Positions 18,630 to 19,537 of a stretch of 19,537 nt of DNA are shown one piece after another (positions within the stretch are counted from its first letter, which is position 1; each line of letters starts with the position of its first letter). The notes beneath the pieces are model-generated. The model saw nothing but the letters and a program-made list of their open reading frames with translations, was not told the DNA's origin and did no database searches. The DNA lies in assembly GCA_008080735.1 (NCBI GenBank), contig SHMW01000080.1, positions 1 to 19,537 on the forward strand, given 5' to 3'. The DNA is from Promethearchaeota archaeon. Its GTDB lineage: Archaea; Asgardarchaeota; Lokiarchaeia; Sigyniarchaeales; SOKP01. A program made the position numbers and the translations under genes.

Positions 18630-19142
18630 TTATTCACCTGATTTTAATTTTTGATTCAATTTCATGTTATTCAGGAGTGACTGTAATTCCTCGGTATTTG
18701 GAGCCATAATATCTGGCAATCCTAAATCTTGTCGCCTCCTTTCAATAGCCGATTGCATAGGAATAGCTTTTCCGTTTTCATAGATCATACCAGCTTGCTG
18801 ATATATAAATTCAGGGCCTCTTCCTTTTGCGATGCTTTGATTCTTTAGGAGAGTAAAGACTTCTGTTAATTCTATGTTTTGTGGACACACTTCATCACAT
18901 GTATCACAGACAGTACAACCCCAGATTGCCATTTCATCTACTCCAAAAATATTTTCTTTATAACCCAATAGAGCATTCAAAATATTGCTTCGTGGATTAT
19001 ATTTATACTGATAGAACTCGTCAGTGGCATAAGAAACAGGACAATTATCCGTGCATCTATTGCATTGGTAGCAGTACTTTATGACATCAGATCCTTGATG
19101 ATAATCCATAACTTGTTTCCTAAATTCAAAATCTACAACCAT
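18630..19142 (-). CDS. hdrC: Heterodisulfide reductase subunit C
   Basis: CYQCNRCTDNCP and WGCTVCDTCDEVCP (two [4Fe-4S] motifs), directly upstream of hdrB. Confidence 0.93.
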   Translation of the reverse strand: MVVDFEFRKQVMDYHQGSDVIKYCYQCNRCTDNCPVSYATDEFYQYKYNPRSNILNALLGYKENIFGVDEMAIWGCTVCDTCDEVCPQNIELTEVFTLLKNQSIAKGRGPEFIYQQAGMIYENGKAIPMQSAIERRRQDLGLPDIMAPNTEELQSLLNNMKLNQKLKSGE

Positions 19143-19197
19143 ATTTGATCACTTTCTTGTTTTTTTCCTTGTGATTATTTTTTATGTTAAATTTATA

Positions 19198-19270
19198 GTT
19201 GGTTTTAACCCGTGCGTGGGCAGTCATATCCAATCTATTATTTGTATTGGATATTTCATCCTAAACCAAC
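19198..19270 (-). promoter_or_regulatory. Eukaryote-type SECIS-like RNA element of vhuU
   Basis: mRNA sense: GUUGGUUU-AGG-AUGA-A-AUAUCCAAU-ACAAAUAAUAG-AUUGGAUAU-GA-CUG-CCCACGCACGGG-UUA-AAACCAAC. It has an AUGA/GA core, a 9-bp perfect stem (19246-19254 / 19226-19234), AAA in the apical loop and an 8-bp basal stem (19263-19270 / 19198-19205). Confidence 0.78.
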
Positions 19271-19408
19271 GTTTAGTTTACGTGAGTAAACCTCTTTGCC
19301 CTCTTCATCAACAACTGTGATGTGAGCTGCGCACGATAGTCAGCAATCATAACAGCGAACTATCATTTCCAAGAGATTTACTACTCCTTCGTCTATATCC
19401 TCACTCAT
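19256..19408 (-). CDS. vhuU: Selenocysteine-containing small subunit VhuU of F420-non-reducing [NiFeSe] hydrogenase (not in ORF track)
   Basis: Manual translation: MSEDIDEGVVNLLEMIVRCYDC-U(TGA 19340-19342)-LSCAAHITVVDEEGKEVYSRKLNVGLG*. It matches the MvhA C-terminal NLxEMxxRxYDPCxSCAxH motif on both sides of the TGA and is followed by a SECIS-like hairpin. Confidence 0.92.
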
Positions 19409-19456
19409 TTTGTTTTCTCACTTTATTTTTTCTTTATATTTAACCTCTTAACAAGT

Positions 19457-19537
19457 TTAATCTATCCATGGATCTGGTAAACTCAGTCCCTCTAAAGCCT
19501 TATCCTCGAATACTTGCTTGGCGGTGTGCATTAACGA
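19457..19537 (-). CDS. vhuA: 3' end of probable hydrogenase large subunit VhuA/MvhA (truncated by window edge)
   Basis: Open frame ...SLMHTAKQVFEDKALEGLSLPDPWID* ends 48 nt before vhuU and resembles the helix preceding the L2 region in MvhA. Only 26 residues are visible, so the call rests largely on position. Confidence 0.6.
   Translation of the reverse strand, partial: SLMHTAKQVFEDKALEGLSLPDPWID

Noticed and set aside
16748-19084. Plus-strand ORFs 16748-16996, 18204-18629 and 18881-19084
   Set aside because: Antisense shadows of the 268-aa gene, hdrB and hdrC.
19256-19408. vhuU read as a pseudogene with a nonsense mutation
   Set aside because: The TGA falls exactly on the known Sec position, the frame is intact on both sides and a SECIS-like hairpin follows.
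1-19537. CRISPR array, tRNA/rRNA, IS element or prophage
   Set aside because: No regularly spaced repeats, long GC-rich structured tracts, transposase or integrase motifs were seen by eye. A tRNAscan/Infernal run would be needed to exclude small RNAs.

Overview
AT-rich archaeal DNA, most likely an Asgard (Lokiarchaeia-type) genome. That assignment is an inference from the gene set and a eukaryote-type SECIS-like hairpin. From left to right: an acetone carboxylase-type operon (acxABC); a small hypothetical gene; three small membrane-protein genes (PLDc_N-like, zinc-ribbon, DUF2085-like); a phosphohexomutase; a DRTGG/Pta-N-like gene paired with a fused ADP-forming acyl-CoA synthetase; a cyclophilin; a coiled-coil+HEAT protein; a Trp-rich small protein; cooC and hypC with abutting stops; a hypothetical gene; and the tail of a minus-strand vhuA-vhuU-hdrC-hdrB operon. 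The main signal missed by the ORF track is a 50-codon gene at 19256..19408 (-). It has an in-frame TGA at the metal-ligand position of the hydrogenase L2 motif (RCYDC-U-LSCAAH), so it is a selenoprotein VhuU. Its own TGA stop forms the AUGA core of a SECIS-like hairpin. No CRISPR array, tRNA, rRNA or transposase was seen.
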